This document shows, in pieces, positions 11,647 through 23,443 of a DNA stretch of 64,000 nt (positions within the stretch are counted from its first letter, which is position 1; every line of letters starts with the position of its first letter). Source of the stretch: the human T2T-CHM13v2.0 reference genome, Homo sapiens. The position numbers and the translations under genes are program-made. The stretch lies in NCBI RefSeq assembly GCF_009914755.1, contig NC_060929.1. One strand, written 5' to 3'. A model generated the notes under the pieces. The model did no database searches. It worked only from the letters and a program-made list of their open reading frames with translations, and was not told the DNA's origin.

Positions 11647-11958
11647 AGCATTACCCAATAGAAATAGAATGTGACCCACAAATGCAAGCCACATACAAAA
11701 TTCTAAATGTTCTAGTAGCCACATTTAAAGAGCAAAAAGAAACAAGTGAAATTAATTTTAATAACATATTTTAGTTAACCCAACAGATCTAAAGTAAATC
11801 ATTTCAACAAATATTTTAAAAATTGAGACATATTCTAAACTGCTAAGTCTTCAAAATCCCTTGTGTATTTTCTATATACAACCCATTTGTCTGCAAAGGG
11901 ACAGCCACATTTCATGTGCTCAGTCATGTGGCCAGAGGCTGGGTGTGGCAAGAGCAGG
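11647..11958. mobile_element. MER33 (hAT-Charlie)
   Basis: CCAATAGAAATA...TCTAGTAGCCACATT...GTGAAATTAATTTTAATAA...GCCACATTTCATGTGCTCA. Confidence 0.88.
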
Positions 11959-11989
11959 CCAAGCCCAATGTGAGTGCCCAATGAATTAA

Positions 11990-12165
11990 TAACTTGGGGC
12001 CCTTGAAGAAGTCACTGAATCGTGCTAAGCCCCAGGATTCTCATCAGGGGATGGCACACACCTTGCAGGCTGCTCTGAGGATCCACTGGGGTCACCCCTA
12101 ATCCAGCAGGGCCTGGCACACAGGTGCCAAAAGAATTTTGTAAAATAAATAAATGTTAGCTATTG
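11990..12165 (+). mobile_element. MIR SINE
   Basis: GCTCTGAGGAT...GCCTGGCACACAGGTG...AAATGTTAGCTATT 3' end. Confidence 0.65.
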
Positions 12166-12185
12166 TGTTGTTATATTTGTCTGAA

Positions 12186-12500
12186 GTCGTGATTCTTAAC
12201 CTTTTTCGGGGGTGACAGGCCCTGCTGCAAATCTGATAAACACTCCTCTTAGCAAAATATATCCAAACTTAAAATATTGGATAAGATTTCATATTCACAG
12301 CCAGGTGTAATGACATGCACCTGTAGTCCCAGATACTCAGGAGGCTGAGGTGGGAGGATCCCTTGAACCCAGGAATTCAAGACCAGCCTGGGCAACATAG
12401 CAAGACTCTATCTCAAACAAAAAAAGATTCTATTTACAGAATCTCTACAAACCGACCACAGACTTCCTGGTGTACAGACTCAAGTAAGAAATCTATGGTC
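12186..12500. mobile_element. MER117-like hAT MITE interrupted by a FLAM
   Basis: TTCTTAACCTTTTT...GGGTGACAGGCCC...AATCTGATAAA and terminal TAAGAAATC. Confidence 0.55.
12300..12425 (+). mobile_element. Free left Alu monomer (FLAM)
   Basis: Single ~125-bp monomer ending GACCAGCCTGGGCAACATAGCAAGACTCTATCTC plus A tail; degenerate TSD AAGATT...ATT.ACA. Confidence 0.88.
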
Positions 12501-12562
12501 TAAAAACATATCTCTATTTCCAACAAGTGACTATATGAATGATACATTTTCAAATGTATATA

Positions 12563-12638
12563 TCCTGGGCTCAAGAGATCCTCCCATCTCAGACTCCTGA
12601 GGAACAGGGACTACAGGTGCATGTCACTGCACCTGGCT
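12563..12638 (-). mobile_element. Alu monomer 5' fragment (J/FLAM-like)
   Basis: TCCTGGGCTCAAGAGATCCTCCCATCTCAG...GGGACTACAGGTGCATG...CCTGGCT. Confidence 0.85.
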
Positions 12639-13114
12639 GTGAATATGAAATACATTTTCAAATTTATACATTGTTCATACTCTTTATGCTTTATTAAAAA
12701 TATTCCTGCCTTCAATTGGTGAGTTTCTCTTTTCTTTTTTGTAGAGTCATTTTTTAAATTGGAAAGCAGCCAGTCTTCTTTCCAGCTGAGTGAGGTGCGA
12801 TGGTTTTGCCAGTGAGGGAAAGATTTTGGATATGTCCATCAAAAATCCATGTTTCGCTATATACCTTGATTTTTTTTTCAACATCTAAGTCATGTACCAG
12901 GACTGTATCACCAAATACAAATCTGATGGTCATAAATCATTTTGTCAGACTCGTTCAAATAACACATACTTATTAAGAGAAAATACAATAAATACAAACT
13001 AAAATGTGTAAAAATAAGAACAGGGATAATACCACAAATGGTGCTTACCACTCAGACATCTGTTTATGTTTCAATGTATTTTTCCAGCATTTTTTCTATG
13101 GATACATTTTTGAT

Positions 13115-13285
13115 AATCATTATATGTTTATCTATATTTTATAAATTTACATTTTATATTTATATTTGTATATTTACATTATTCTATGTTATACTTACTT
13201 TTATATATTGATATATTTATATGTATTTTAAAATTTCATATATGTATTTGTGTGTGATACATGCATATTTATTTATTTACTTATT
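13115..13285. repeat. AT-rich low-complexity tract within old L1ME-like sequence
   Basis: (TATATT)-like repeats. Confidence 0.7.
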
Positions 13286-13441
13286 TCCTGCTTTTTAAAA
13301 TCTTATTATTTCTAAGCATTTCCCTGGATTGTCTTAAACTCTCCTTAAACCTTATTTGAAGTGACTGTCATATATTCTAATAGTCTACAGAATGGAGGCA
13401 CTGTGCTCTCCCTAATCCTTCCCCTACTGCTAGATTTTTAG

Positions 13442-13769
<328 letters not shown>

Positions 13770-13850
13770 CTCAATTAGTTGCTTTTATAAAGAGCCCTGA
13801 AATGAATATCTTTCTGTAAAAAAGCTTCCATCTCATTGGGCTGAGGGATC

Positions 13851-14262
13851 TGTTATGGTCTGAACATGGTCTCCAGAATTCATGTTGAAATTTAACCTCT
13901 ATTGTGGTGGTATTAAGAGGTGGCACTTTTGGGAAAATGATTAAGTCATGAGGCTTCTACCATCATGAATGGATTTGAGTGGGTTACTGCCTTAAAAAAA
14001 TGGGCTGGAGGGAACTTGCTTAGGCCCTTTTTGCCCTTCTGTCCCTTCCACCATGTGAAGACACGGCGTTCGTCCTCTCCAGAGGGCGCAGCAGCAAGGT
14101 GTCATCTCAGAAATGGACTCCAGGTCCACATCATACACTAAACCTGTGAGAGCCTTGATCTTGGACTTCCCAGCCTCCAGAATTGTGAAAAATAAATTTC
14201 TATTATGTATAAATTGCCCAGTTTCAGATACTTTGTTACAGTAGTGCAAGTGGACTAAGACA
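13851..14262 (+). mobile_element. MaLR solo LTR (MSTD/MSTC-like), complete
   Basis: TGTTATGG...GACTAAGACA termini, TTGATCTTGGACTTCCCAGCCTCCAGAA, AATAAA, perfect 5-bp TSD GGATC. Confidence 0.93.
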
Positions 14263-14544
14263 GGATCTGATCTAAATAAAACATTTTACATGTGTCGCCT
14301 TATTCTTTCCAATTTATACTCTTTTCCCAATTATATCTTTCCCATGAGCAACACCAGAATCAGCCAGCCTAGAGCAAACGCTTTGGATGACATCATACTC
14401 CAGGTCATCCCCAAGGCTCTCAGGCACCGGCCAGGCATCTGGGTAGCCCAGGCACCCTGGGAGCCTGTGACGAACATTTTACAAGTATTCCTGGAAGTGC
14501 AGGGAAGAGAGAGCAGCACACCCGCAGCATGACATTCACCCCAA

Positions 14545-15300
14545 ATCACCTTCTTTTCTTTCAGCAGATATGCAAAGCACTCCTGTGTGCTGCATGGCAG
14601 CAGGAACTGGTCACAAGACTGAGAGCAAAACAGACATGCTCTCCCTCTGGGAGTTTACATGCTGCTGGGGGAAACAGAGGTGAAAGAAATAAACATATAT
14701 TAAAAATGGAGATAGAAATAAGTGTAAATTATGACTGGTGTAATGGAGGAAAATAATAGAAGCATGCCTAATTTAACCTAAGGCCCCAATGGCCTTGTTT
14801 TGAGCAAAATCTGAAAGCGTTAAGCAAGTTGGATTGGCGAAGAGCTGGTGGAAAGGTGGTTTCAGGCAGAGGGAACTGCACGAGTTGAGTTCCCAGGGCA
14901 GAAAGAGCTCAATATGCTCTAAGAACTGAGAGGAGCTCAGGTGGTGGCCTTGTCACAGAGGGAGGGCAGAGGGCTGGGATGAGACTGGAAGGGTTTTCAG
15001 GGTCTGGCCCCACAGGCCTTGTCAAGGGGTTGGGCTTTGCCCTAAGAACAAGAAGAAACTAGTGGCTAACTGGGCAATGGCATGGTTGGACTCACTTTTG
15101 CCAGACTGGATGCCGTGTGAGGAGTACATTGGTACAGACAAGGTTAGAGGCCAAGAGATTACATAAGGCCAGTAGCCATCATCCAGGCAAGAAATGACAG
15201 TGACTCAGAGGGACATCCACAAGGGTTGGGATTGATTAGATGCAGGTGACGAGTGTGAGTGAGGAGTCAGCCATGACTCCCAGGACCCTGGCATGTAGGC
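14545..15300 (-). mobile_element. L2 LINE 3' region
   Basis: GAGCAAAACAGACATG...TTCAGGCAGAGGGAACTGCA...ATCCAGGCAAGAAATGACAGTGACT. Confidence 0.8.
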
Positions 15301-15454
15301 CCTGCTCCCTGAACTGTGGGTGGAAGCCAGGCACAATAGAGAGAAGAATAAGGGTCCTCACTGGGTCCCTACTCAAGGGTTTCCACTGAGTTTGCCCTTG
15401 AGACAAGGGAAAGCTGCTGTTAAAGATGCAAGTCTAAGGAAATAACTCAACTCC

Positions 15455-15776
15455 AGTTTTTCAAAAAGTATGTTGTACCAATGACCCAATGCTCTTGGTT
15501 CAATGAATAAATAAGTTTGGAAATGCTGTAGACCATATATCTCCCAATTAGAGCTTCACAATCCAATGGGGCACATACAGCTTTCCTTGCAGGAAAAAAA
15601 CCTGCTTAACTTTGTTTATTATATATTATTTGATCTGTGCTTCATATATTATTCATATATTATTTGATCAAGTTGCTTCATGTATTATTTGATCAAGGAA
15701 TCATGTGTGTCTACAGCACCTATTAAAATTCCCTGGCACTGAAATTCTGTAGAAAACCATTTAGGAAAAGTTGATC
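15455..15776. mobile_element. hAT-Charlie element (MER112/MER113 class)
   Basis: AAATAAGTTTGGAAATGCTG, CCTGCTTAACTTTGTTTA, ACCTATTAA motifs. Confidence 0.6.
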
Positions 15777-15798
15777 TAACTGTATAATTATTAGTAAA

Positions 15799-15809
15799 AC
15801 ATATACACA

Positions 15810-15840
<31 letters not shown>

Positions 15841-15843
15841 CAC
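15799..15843. repeat. (CA)n microsatellite
   Basis: Read directly from the sequence. Confidence 0.95.
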
Positions 15844-15914
15844 AAGCAAACAAAAAAAAACCACCTTAATGGTCTCCTAACCAAGGCAGACCCACAATGA
15901 AACACAGCTGAGAA

Positions 15915-16196
15915 GCAGTTTGTGATAGTTATACCCACTTTTATTTATATGCAAATTAAAGAGTGGTTTATGCAGAAATTTCTAGGAAAAGGGTGTTAAT
16001 TTCCGATTCATGGGGTGGTTGCTACAGAAAGGGATGGTAACTTCCCAGTGTTGCCATGGCAATGGTAAACTGACATGGCCCACTGGTGGGCATGTCTTAT
16101 GGAAAGCTGCTTCCGCGCTGCCCCTGTTCTAGCTGGTCATCAATTTGGTCTGTTGTCTGAGGACACCTTCGTTGCCAAGTCCCGCCTCCTACCTCA
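15915..16196 (-). mobile_element. ERV1 LTR 5' part (MER66-like)
   Basis: Reverse strand begins TGAGGTAGGAGGCGGGACT; CAGCTTTCCATAAGACA, TTTACCATTGCCATGGCAAC, TTTGCATATAA. Confidence 0.75.
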
Positions 16197-16359
16197 CTGG
16201 CCTTGGAGTAGGACTTTGACAACTGAATGGGTAGTTTGCAAAGAGAAGGGAGACGGAGAGGACAGCATAAAGGTATTTGGGAGGAAAAGTCCATGTCCTT
16301 AGGCTTGTTATAGCAGCTGCTTCCTTTATAAAAGGAAAGACCCAGGGACACTGTGAGAC

Positions 16360-16982
16360 CCTGCTTGCTCTCCCTGCCTCCACTGTGAGACTCTCCAGTC
16401 CTCTCTGCCACCTGCAGCCCAGATCATCTTTCAAGGGGAAACCTGGTCATATCACCTATCTCCTGAGAAGTCTTCGATGGCTTCCCAGAGCTTTAAGATA
16501 AGGATTGAAATCTTCCAAATGGCCTGTATGGCCCTGCCTGGCCCACCCTCAGCCTGCCTCTCATTTCCTTCAACCTCTTACTGCTCTGAGCTCCCCCATC
16601 CTGCTACCTTAATCTCCATCCTCAAACCTGCCATTCTGCCTCCATGTCAAGCCCTTCACTCATGCTGTTCCACCTGGAATGCCTGCCTTCTTAGGCCATG
16701 CCCACACTCCTTAGTTGAGTGCACTCCTTCCTTCTGAGCTTGGTTCCCATGTCACTTATCAGGGAAACTGTCCCTGACTCTTCAGATGATATCAGCTCTC
16801 CTCATAGGCTTGTGAGCTTTTCCGTCATAGCACTTATCATAGGATGTCACTCCACATTTGCTTCTCTGATCCTTTGATTGAAGCCTGTCTCTTCCACTTG
16901 TTCCAGAAGGTCAGAGACCATTTTTATTTGTTTGCTGCACAGTAACTGGTATATAATAAGTGCTCAGTAAAAATGTGTAGCA
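16360..16982 (+). mobile_element. L2 LINE 3' region
   Basis: CTTCGATGGCTTCCC...CATGCTGTTCCACCTGGAATGCC...TAAGTGCTCAGTAAAAATG. Confidence 0.85.
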
Positions 16983-17064
16983 TACATTAGTAAACAGAAG
17001 TGGAATATAAGGGACTGTCACAGGTGGGGAGCTTAGGGACAAAAAATAGGAAGAGGATAAATGA

Positions 17065-17458
17065 TATTGTTCAAGCAGCAAAGCAGAATCACTAGCAGAT
17101 ACACATTAAGAAATACATGGCAAGGAATTGGCTTACACAACTTGGGGGCTGGCCAGGGAAGTCAGAAATTCACAGAGCAAGCCCTCAAGAGCGGCAGCCT
17201 GGAGCTCTCGGCTACAAGCCAAAGCTGTCGCCCACTGGCAGAATTTCTTCTTCAAGGAAACCTGTTTTCCTCTTAAGGCCTTTTAACTAGTTGAATCAGA
17301 CCCACCCAGATTATCTAGGATAATCTCCCTTACTTAAAGTCGAATATGGACATTAATCACATCTATAAAATACTTTCACAGCAACACCTAGATAACACAT
17401 TGATTGAATAACTGGAGGCTGTAGCCTAGCCACATTGACATATCCCAACACCATCACA
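17065..17458 (-). mobile_element. ERVL LTR (MLT2D/MLT2B-like)
   Basis: GGAATTGGCTTACACA; CCCACCCAGATTATCTAGGATAATCTCCCTTACTTAAAGTC; GTAGCCTAGCC...ACCATCACA terminus. Confidence 0.88.
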
Positions 17459-17584
17459 GACATTAAACAAAGTCTAAAGTCTTTGCTTCAAAACTGGGAG
17501 GCAACAGAGAGAATGCAAATTACATTTAGCTTCAGAATCAGGTTGACCGTTCACCTTCTGTAACTTCTAGCTAAGTGAGCCCAG

Positions 17585-18011
17585 TGTGGCAGAAACTGGC
17601 TGGCTCTTCAGCAAAATTGTCTCCTTTTCTTCCTGGGCACACAGCAAGGCTACCTTTCCCAGCATCCCTTGCAGTTAGATTTGGCCATGTGACTGAGTTC
17701 TAGCCAATGACACATGAGAAAGGGGTGTGCCAGTTTCAGATTGGTCCATGAAACCTCCCTACCCTTCCCTGTGCTCTTTCCCCCTTCTGTCTGGCTGAAT
17801 GGAGATGACCCCAGGGCAAATTTGGAATTTCCATGTTGAAGATAGAAGCACCTCCATTATCCTGAGTCCCAGATGGTCGAAAAGAAAAGGCTACCCTACT
17901 CACTTGTTACTGTAAAGTGAGCAAGAAATAAACTTCATAGTATTTAAGACCCTATTATCTTTGGTATTGGGTCTACTTGTTACAGCAGCTAGTGTTATAC
18001 TAACTAATACA
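17585..18011 (+). mobile_element. MaLR solo LTR (MLT1J/I-like)
   Basis: TGTGGCAGA...TTTCCCAGCATCCCTTGCAGTTAG...GGCCATGTGACTGAGTTCTAGCCAATG...ACTAATACA. Confidence 0.88.
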
Positions 18012-18094
18012 CTTAAGCAAGTTACTACACCTTTCTGAGCCTCGCTTTTCTCATCTTAACCTAGGATAGAAGCATGTTCTTACAAAAATGCATA

Positions 18095-18553
18095 TGTATT
18101 GGTTAGGGTCTCTTTTACAGCAACAGAACTCATGTTAGACAATGTGGAGATCCATTTATGTCTCACATGAGAATTCAGGCATAAGCAATTCTGGGCTGTT
18201 ATGGTGGCTCCATGGTGTCACGATCCTAGATTCCTTCCCTCTTGTTTGTTCTGCTATCTCTAAGGCATTGCTCTGTCCATGTGCCCCAAGGTAGCTTGCT
18301 GTCATGTTTGCATTCCAGCCTGCATATAGAGGGAAAGGGGCATGCTCTTTCCTTTTAAAGGCATGATATTGAAATTGCATGTATCTCTTCTCCTCACATC
18401 TCATTAGCCAGAACATGGTTCTACCTGGGAAGAAGGAAGAGGGTAAGATATTCTGCCTTTATTCTGGACAACAATGTGCTGAGGTTAAAATCAGGGGTTC
18501 TACACCCAAGAAGGGAGAATGGATACTGGAAAATATCTTGCAGTCTCTGCCCA
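18095..18553 (-). mobile_element. MaLR solo LTR (MLT1J-like)
   Basis: TGTATTGGTTAGG...GCATTCCAGCC...TCACATCTCATTAGCCAGAAC...GCAGTCTCTGCCCA. Confidence 0.82.
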
Positions 18554-18959
18554 GATGTAAAGCATTTAGCACAAGGCCTGACCAGCAGAAATGGCTGGAT
18601 AGATAGATGGCATTGATAATTACCCCACCAACCACTCCCCTGACTCCTCAGTTTTCTGGGCCACCTTCTGCTTCCTTCTCACCCCTAATCACTCAGACAC
18701 TGTAACCCCTCCAGTGTGCATTGAGACAAGATTGTTAACAGGCTTTCATTCAACAAGCCACAAGACACCAAGCTGGACAGAAACCTGCCCCACCCCTCAT
18801 GCAGATGCTTGATGGGCTCAGCCTACTGACTGGCCTGGGTGACTTGGACACGTCCTCAGTACTTGTTTCTCTGAGCCCAGATGTCAGCCACATGAAGCCT
18901 AATGGTCTGCAGCTGGTCCTTGGCCATCCTTGGACTCCCAGAGGCCCAAGCCGGGGAAT

Positions 18960-19180
18960 GATAATAATTATAATCATAATTGCTACTGTTTAGTGTTTGC
19001 CAGCAGCTTGGGTGTCAAAGAGGGTGCACATGCTTGCTCATTTGCACATACAGACTCAGAGTGAGGAAGTGTGTTCTCCACTTTAGAAGTGAGACAGCTG
19101 AGGCTGCAATAAGTGGACTTGCCTAAGCCCACATAGCAAGTAAGTGGTAGAGGCAGGATTGGAACCCAGGTTTTTCATAC
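18960..19180 (-). mobile_element. MIR SINE
   Basis: CTGAGGCT...ACTTGCCTAAG...AGCAAGTAAGTGGTAGAGGCAGGATTGGAACCCAGG. Confidence 0.8.
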
Positions 19181-19244
19181 CACCCATCCCTGTTCCCTAA
19201 AACACCAATAGCAGAGGGCCTGAAGCAACTCATAGGAGGTTTCA

Positions 19245-19660
19245 TTCATGTCTTCCCCAGCATCCCTCCCCTTTTCCTCTTGTATGTGCAATGGAGGATC
19301 CAGCACTCTCCCACCCCCAGCCCATGTGGTTTGGATGAGGCTCCATGCCAACCCAGGAAAGCATGGCCCAGGCCTAATCTAGTTAGTGCATTACACCCCC
19401 TGGCCACACCAATGGGTGCAGGAGTTGGCTTGTGGCCCAACTAAGAGGGCTGTGGCTTGGAAGGTGACACTGAATAAGAGAGTGTGTGAAGATGGGCCTC
19501 AGGCCACCAATCTGTGAGGCCTGAAGAAGGAAGGCAGTGAGCATTGACTTAGGAAGGGACAGGGAGAATATCTTGGATTCTCCGGTCCTGTTTAGCTCCT
19601 GCTTGAGCTGGAATTACCTGGGCTATGCAGGGACATGAGCCCAGGGCTGCACATCTAGGA
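19245..19660 (+). mobile_element. Old MaLR LTR (MLT1K/L-like)
   Basis: CAGCCCATGTGGTTTGGATGAGGCT; CCCCTGGCCACA...GTGGCCCAA. Confidence 0.6.
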
Positions 19661-20444
19661 AAGGGCCAAGGTGGTATCTAAAGGAGGTCTGGGGCACCTG
19701 TTCACACACAGAAGGAAAGGTAGACAGTAGCCACACTACAGCCTGAAAGGGATGGATGCTGCTTTATCCTGCAGCTCGCCATCCACCCACCCTGCTGTTT
19801 TACCTTTTCTCATCCTCTCCTGGAACCCCCAAGGCAGTCCCAAGGCTTATCCATGTACAGCCAATGGGGCCTTGAGCAAATGACTAGAAATTCCTTTATA
19901 TGTTCAGAGTAGGCAAAGTAAGAACAAAAAGACATCACCTCTCTTATACTGTTTTGGAACTGCTGACTGCCCTCACCACATTGTCCTTATGTATTCGCCC
20001 ATGGAATGCTGGAGGTGCCATCTTCAGCTGCTGGGAGTGCCGGGAGGTTTCCTGATGGTGCTCGATAACACTGCAGAGTTTCTGGTGTCTCAGGGCTTAC
20101 TGTTTACTATGCATCAGATGCTCTCCCAGGTGCTAGACAGCCAAGGGTAAGCAAATGCAGAAACCATGTCTGCCCTCGAGGGGCTCACAGTCTAGTGCCC
20201 CATGGAAACCACAAGACTTCCCTTCATGAAGGAGTTCAGGAATTACCAGTAGAAAACTATATCCTGCAGCAGACCTAGATCTGTGTTTTTGCATCCAGGC
20301 TTGGCAATGGAAGTCTTCAGCTTTAGCTAGTTATGGGCTGGTTTGGTGCCTAGCAGGTGTGTGCTTGAGTGTTTGGCATGAGGGAAAATAACAAGAAACC
20401 TGACTTTTTAATAAACTGAACTTTTAAAAATACCTGCAACTGGG

Positions 20445-20700
20445 TGCATCATTTGGGGTCTCAGGAGGAAACAGATGGCACAGTCCAAAGGGGTGTCAGC
20501 AGGGAATTGAATAAAGGGACTGATTTTAGCGGTGTGGAAGCCAACGAGAAATTGTGAAGCCCCCAGGAAAGTAGTAGTGGGAAGTTGCTACTGCTGGTAG
20601 AAAGAAGAGACAAGGGAAGAAAGGAGAGGATGCAGGACCCAGAAAGAACCCAGTTGTGGTTTTCCTGAGGATCTACACACATGTGACTATGGCCATTATT
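20445..20700 (-). mobile_element. Old ERVL-type LTR fragment
   Basis: GGAAACAGATGGCACA...AATAAAGGGACT...GGAAGTTGCTAC pattern of LTR33/41-class elements. Confidence 0.5.
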
Positions 20701-21004
20701 GATGCACCTCCCAGTTCTGTCTAAAGCTCAGTCTTTTCTCCAGAGCGTCATCCCCTCCAAAGTCTGATGAATATCTCCATCTGGGTTTCCCACAGGACAT
20801 GCAAATACAACAGGTGCAAATCAGAACTCGGAGCTGGATTACTACACAGGCAGATGAAGCAAGTGTCCACCAAAGCAGGGGGAACAAGAAGAAGAAGAAT
20901 GGAAAGTATTTAAGTATATTGTTATTTCATAAAAAAGTATTAAAGTGTGCAAGTGTTTACATTAGTGACAGAATGACTACAGAGCTATAAGGAAAAAAGT
21001 AAAC

Positions 21005-22185
21005 GTTGCATGCATAAAATATAACTCACGCCATGCATAAAATATAACTCTTATAAAAGTTAAAAGATTCTAATTGCTAGAAGAAAACATAGGAGAAAAT
21101 TTTTATATATTTTGGATAAGCAAAGATCTCTTAGATGAGGAGAAAAACCATGAGCCATAAGAAAAAAATTACAAATGGACTTTATCAACATTTCAATTTT
21201 TTCTTCTTCCAAAGACAACATTAAGAAAATTAAAAGGTAAATCACAGACTTGGAGAAGTTATTCTCAAAACAATTACCTGACAAAGGACTTGCATCCAGA
21301 ATTTAAAAGAACTTCTATAACTCGGTAATAAGAAGACAAATAATCGAATTTGTTTTAAATGGGCAAAGACTTTGCCCCTGAAAAAAGTTTATATGAATCT
21401 CTAATAAGCACATATAAAGATGTTCAACATTGTTGGTCATCAGGGAAATACAAATTTAAACCACAGTGAAATACTACTTCATATCCACTGAAAAAGGCTA
21501 AAAAAATGTTGTTAAAGGTCTGAATACACTAAGTGTTGGTAAGGACAAAGAGCAAATGACTTGCTCATGTGCCACTGATAGTAAAGGAGAATGGTACAAT
21601 CACCTTGGAAAGCAATTTGGCAGTTTCTTTTAAAACTAAGCATATACTTTATGATCAAGCCATTCCATTCCTAGGTATTTACTGAGAGAAATGAAAATAT
21701 ATGTTCTCAAAGGGCTTGCACACAAATATTCATAAGTCTTTTCATAAAAGGCAAAAACTGAAGACAACCCAAATAGCCACCGACAGATGAAGGGATAAAC
21801 CAACGGTGGTATAGTCATACAACAGAGTAATAAACACACTACTGATATTCACAGCAACGTGATGAATCCCGGAAGTATGAGGCTGAGTAAAAGAAGTCAG
21901 ACACAAAAGGATATTTTCAGAGTAACTGCATTGATTTGAAGTTCTAAAACAGGTAAAACTAATGCATAGTGATAGAAGCCCGATCAGTAGGGGATGTAGG
22001 TATTGTGTGGGAAGGCTCAGGAAGGAAATTTCTGTAATGATAGAAATATTCTATATTTTGACTGGGGTGGTGGTTACACAAAAGGTGTACACATTTTTCA
22101 AACTCACTGAAACGTGCCTGAAACATGCATGTATTTTATGTAAGTCATTGCTAAATAAAGCCTGTCTTTATAAAAAGCATTGAAG
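21005..22185 (+). mobile_element. L1M (L1ME/L1MD-like) ORF2 end and 3' UTR
   Basis: CTAGAAGAAAACATAGGAGAAAA; ATGGGCAAAGA; CCATTCCATTCCTAGGTATTTAC; AGAAGTCAGACACAAAAG; many stops and frameshifts. Confidence 0.92.
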
Positions 22186-22594
22186 TCATTATCCTAGGAA
22201 AAATAAGAATACTGTAGGACTTCCTTTGGTAAGAGCGACTTTCTGAGAGTGCACCATCATCTTTCCAGTGACCAGGGTCCCACAGTCCCAATCCAGTTCT
22301 ACCTAAAGTTGCCATCCTCTCCTCACTCCCCTAAACACTTCTTGGCCCTCGTTGGCTCTGGCGTGGAATCGGTGTCTATGCTGGAACACGGATGTATCCC
22401 GACAATTCCTTCTCTTCCCCCCTCACATCCTGTCCATCACCAAGTCCTCTTGGTTCCCCCTTCACATTGCCTTCTCCGTAGCCCCACCCAGACGGGAATC
22501 AGGCCCCTCCACACCCCTCCCCCACCTCCTGTTTGCCTTGCTCTTCACAGTCCACAGCTGCTTCTCGTTTGTCAGAAGAGACATTTCGATATTC

Positions 22595-23122
22595 TAGTGC
22601 CTACCCATTCTTCTCTTCTCCTTTAGGAAAATAACCTGATTTTGATAGGATTGGCAATGGGCCCAACTGAGAAATTACATTTCCAAGCCCTTTCAGATCC
22701 AAGTCTGAAACTTTTGCCCAAAGGCATAGAGATGGGAGCCACTGGTGGGGAGAAGAGCTTCTAGAAAAGCACAGTTACAAAGAGGTTGACTCAGCTGTGC
22801 GGTCTTTTGGCCCTTCTCCATCCCCATTCCTCTTTCTTCCTGACTGGAATGCTAATGTGATGGCTGGAGCAGCAGTGACCAGGAAGGGACCATAAGGAGA
22901 TGCTGAGGATGGAAACAGGTACTAAGGATGGCTGCAGCTGAGAGATTTAAAAAAAAAAAAAAAAAAGAGTCTGGGATGTTAACAACATTGAGGAGATCAG
23001 TTAACTGTCAGTTGCCTACTTTGGGTTCTTTTACAAGAGAGAAAAATGAATCTCTACCTGCTTAAGCCAGAGTTATCTGCACCTCTTTTATACTGAGCTG
23101 AAAGTCATTCCTACCTGTTGTA
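22595..23122 (+). mobile_element. MaLR solo LTR (MLT1J-like) inside L2
   Basis: TACATTTCCAAGCC; CTTCCTGACTGGAATGCTAATGTGATGGCTGGAGC; CTTAAGCCA...GCTGAAAGTCATTCCTA. Confidence 0.78.
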
Positions 23123-23194
23123 GTATCCTCACTGCCCTCTGGATGAAGTCTTGCCTTCCATGGCATGGCTTACAAGTTCTTCATGCCCTGGTCC

Positions 23195-23345
23195 TCTGGG
23201 TTTCTATGGACGAACTTCAGTAGGTTCACGAAATTAGACGCAAAATTGTTTGAGCATGTGTGCATTTTCCCCTAGAAAGAGGACCAACAGTTTTCATCAG
23301 ATTCCCAAAGGGACCTGTCGCCCTCTCCCCAAGGTTTTTTCAACC
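23195..23345. mobile_element. MER117-like hAT MITE
   Basis: GCAAAATT...GTGCATTTTC...TTTTCATCAGATTCCCAAAGGGA. Confidence 0.6.
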
Positions 23346-23443
23346 TTACATGACAACGCCACTTGGTAGGCCTAATTGACCCCTTTTACACTTGAGGAAA
23401 CAGATTCTGATCACTTCAGCACCTTGTAAAATGCTGGATTCTT

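Noticed and set aside
15372-15402. CTCAAGGG...CCCTTGAG inverted repeat
   Set aside because: Short stem with a long loop; not distinguishable from chance
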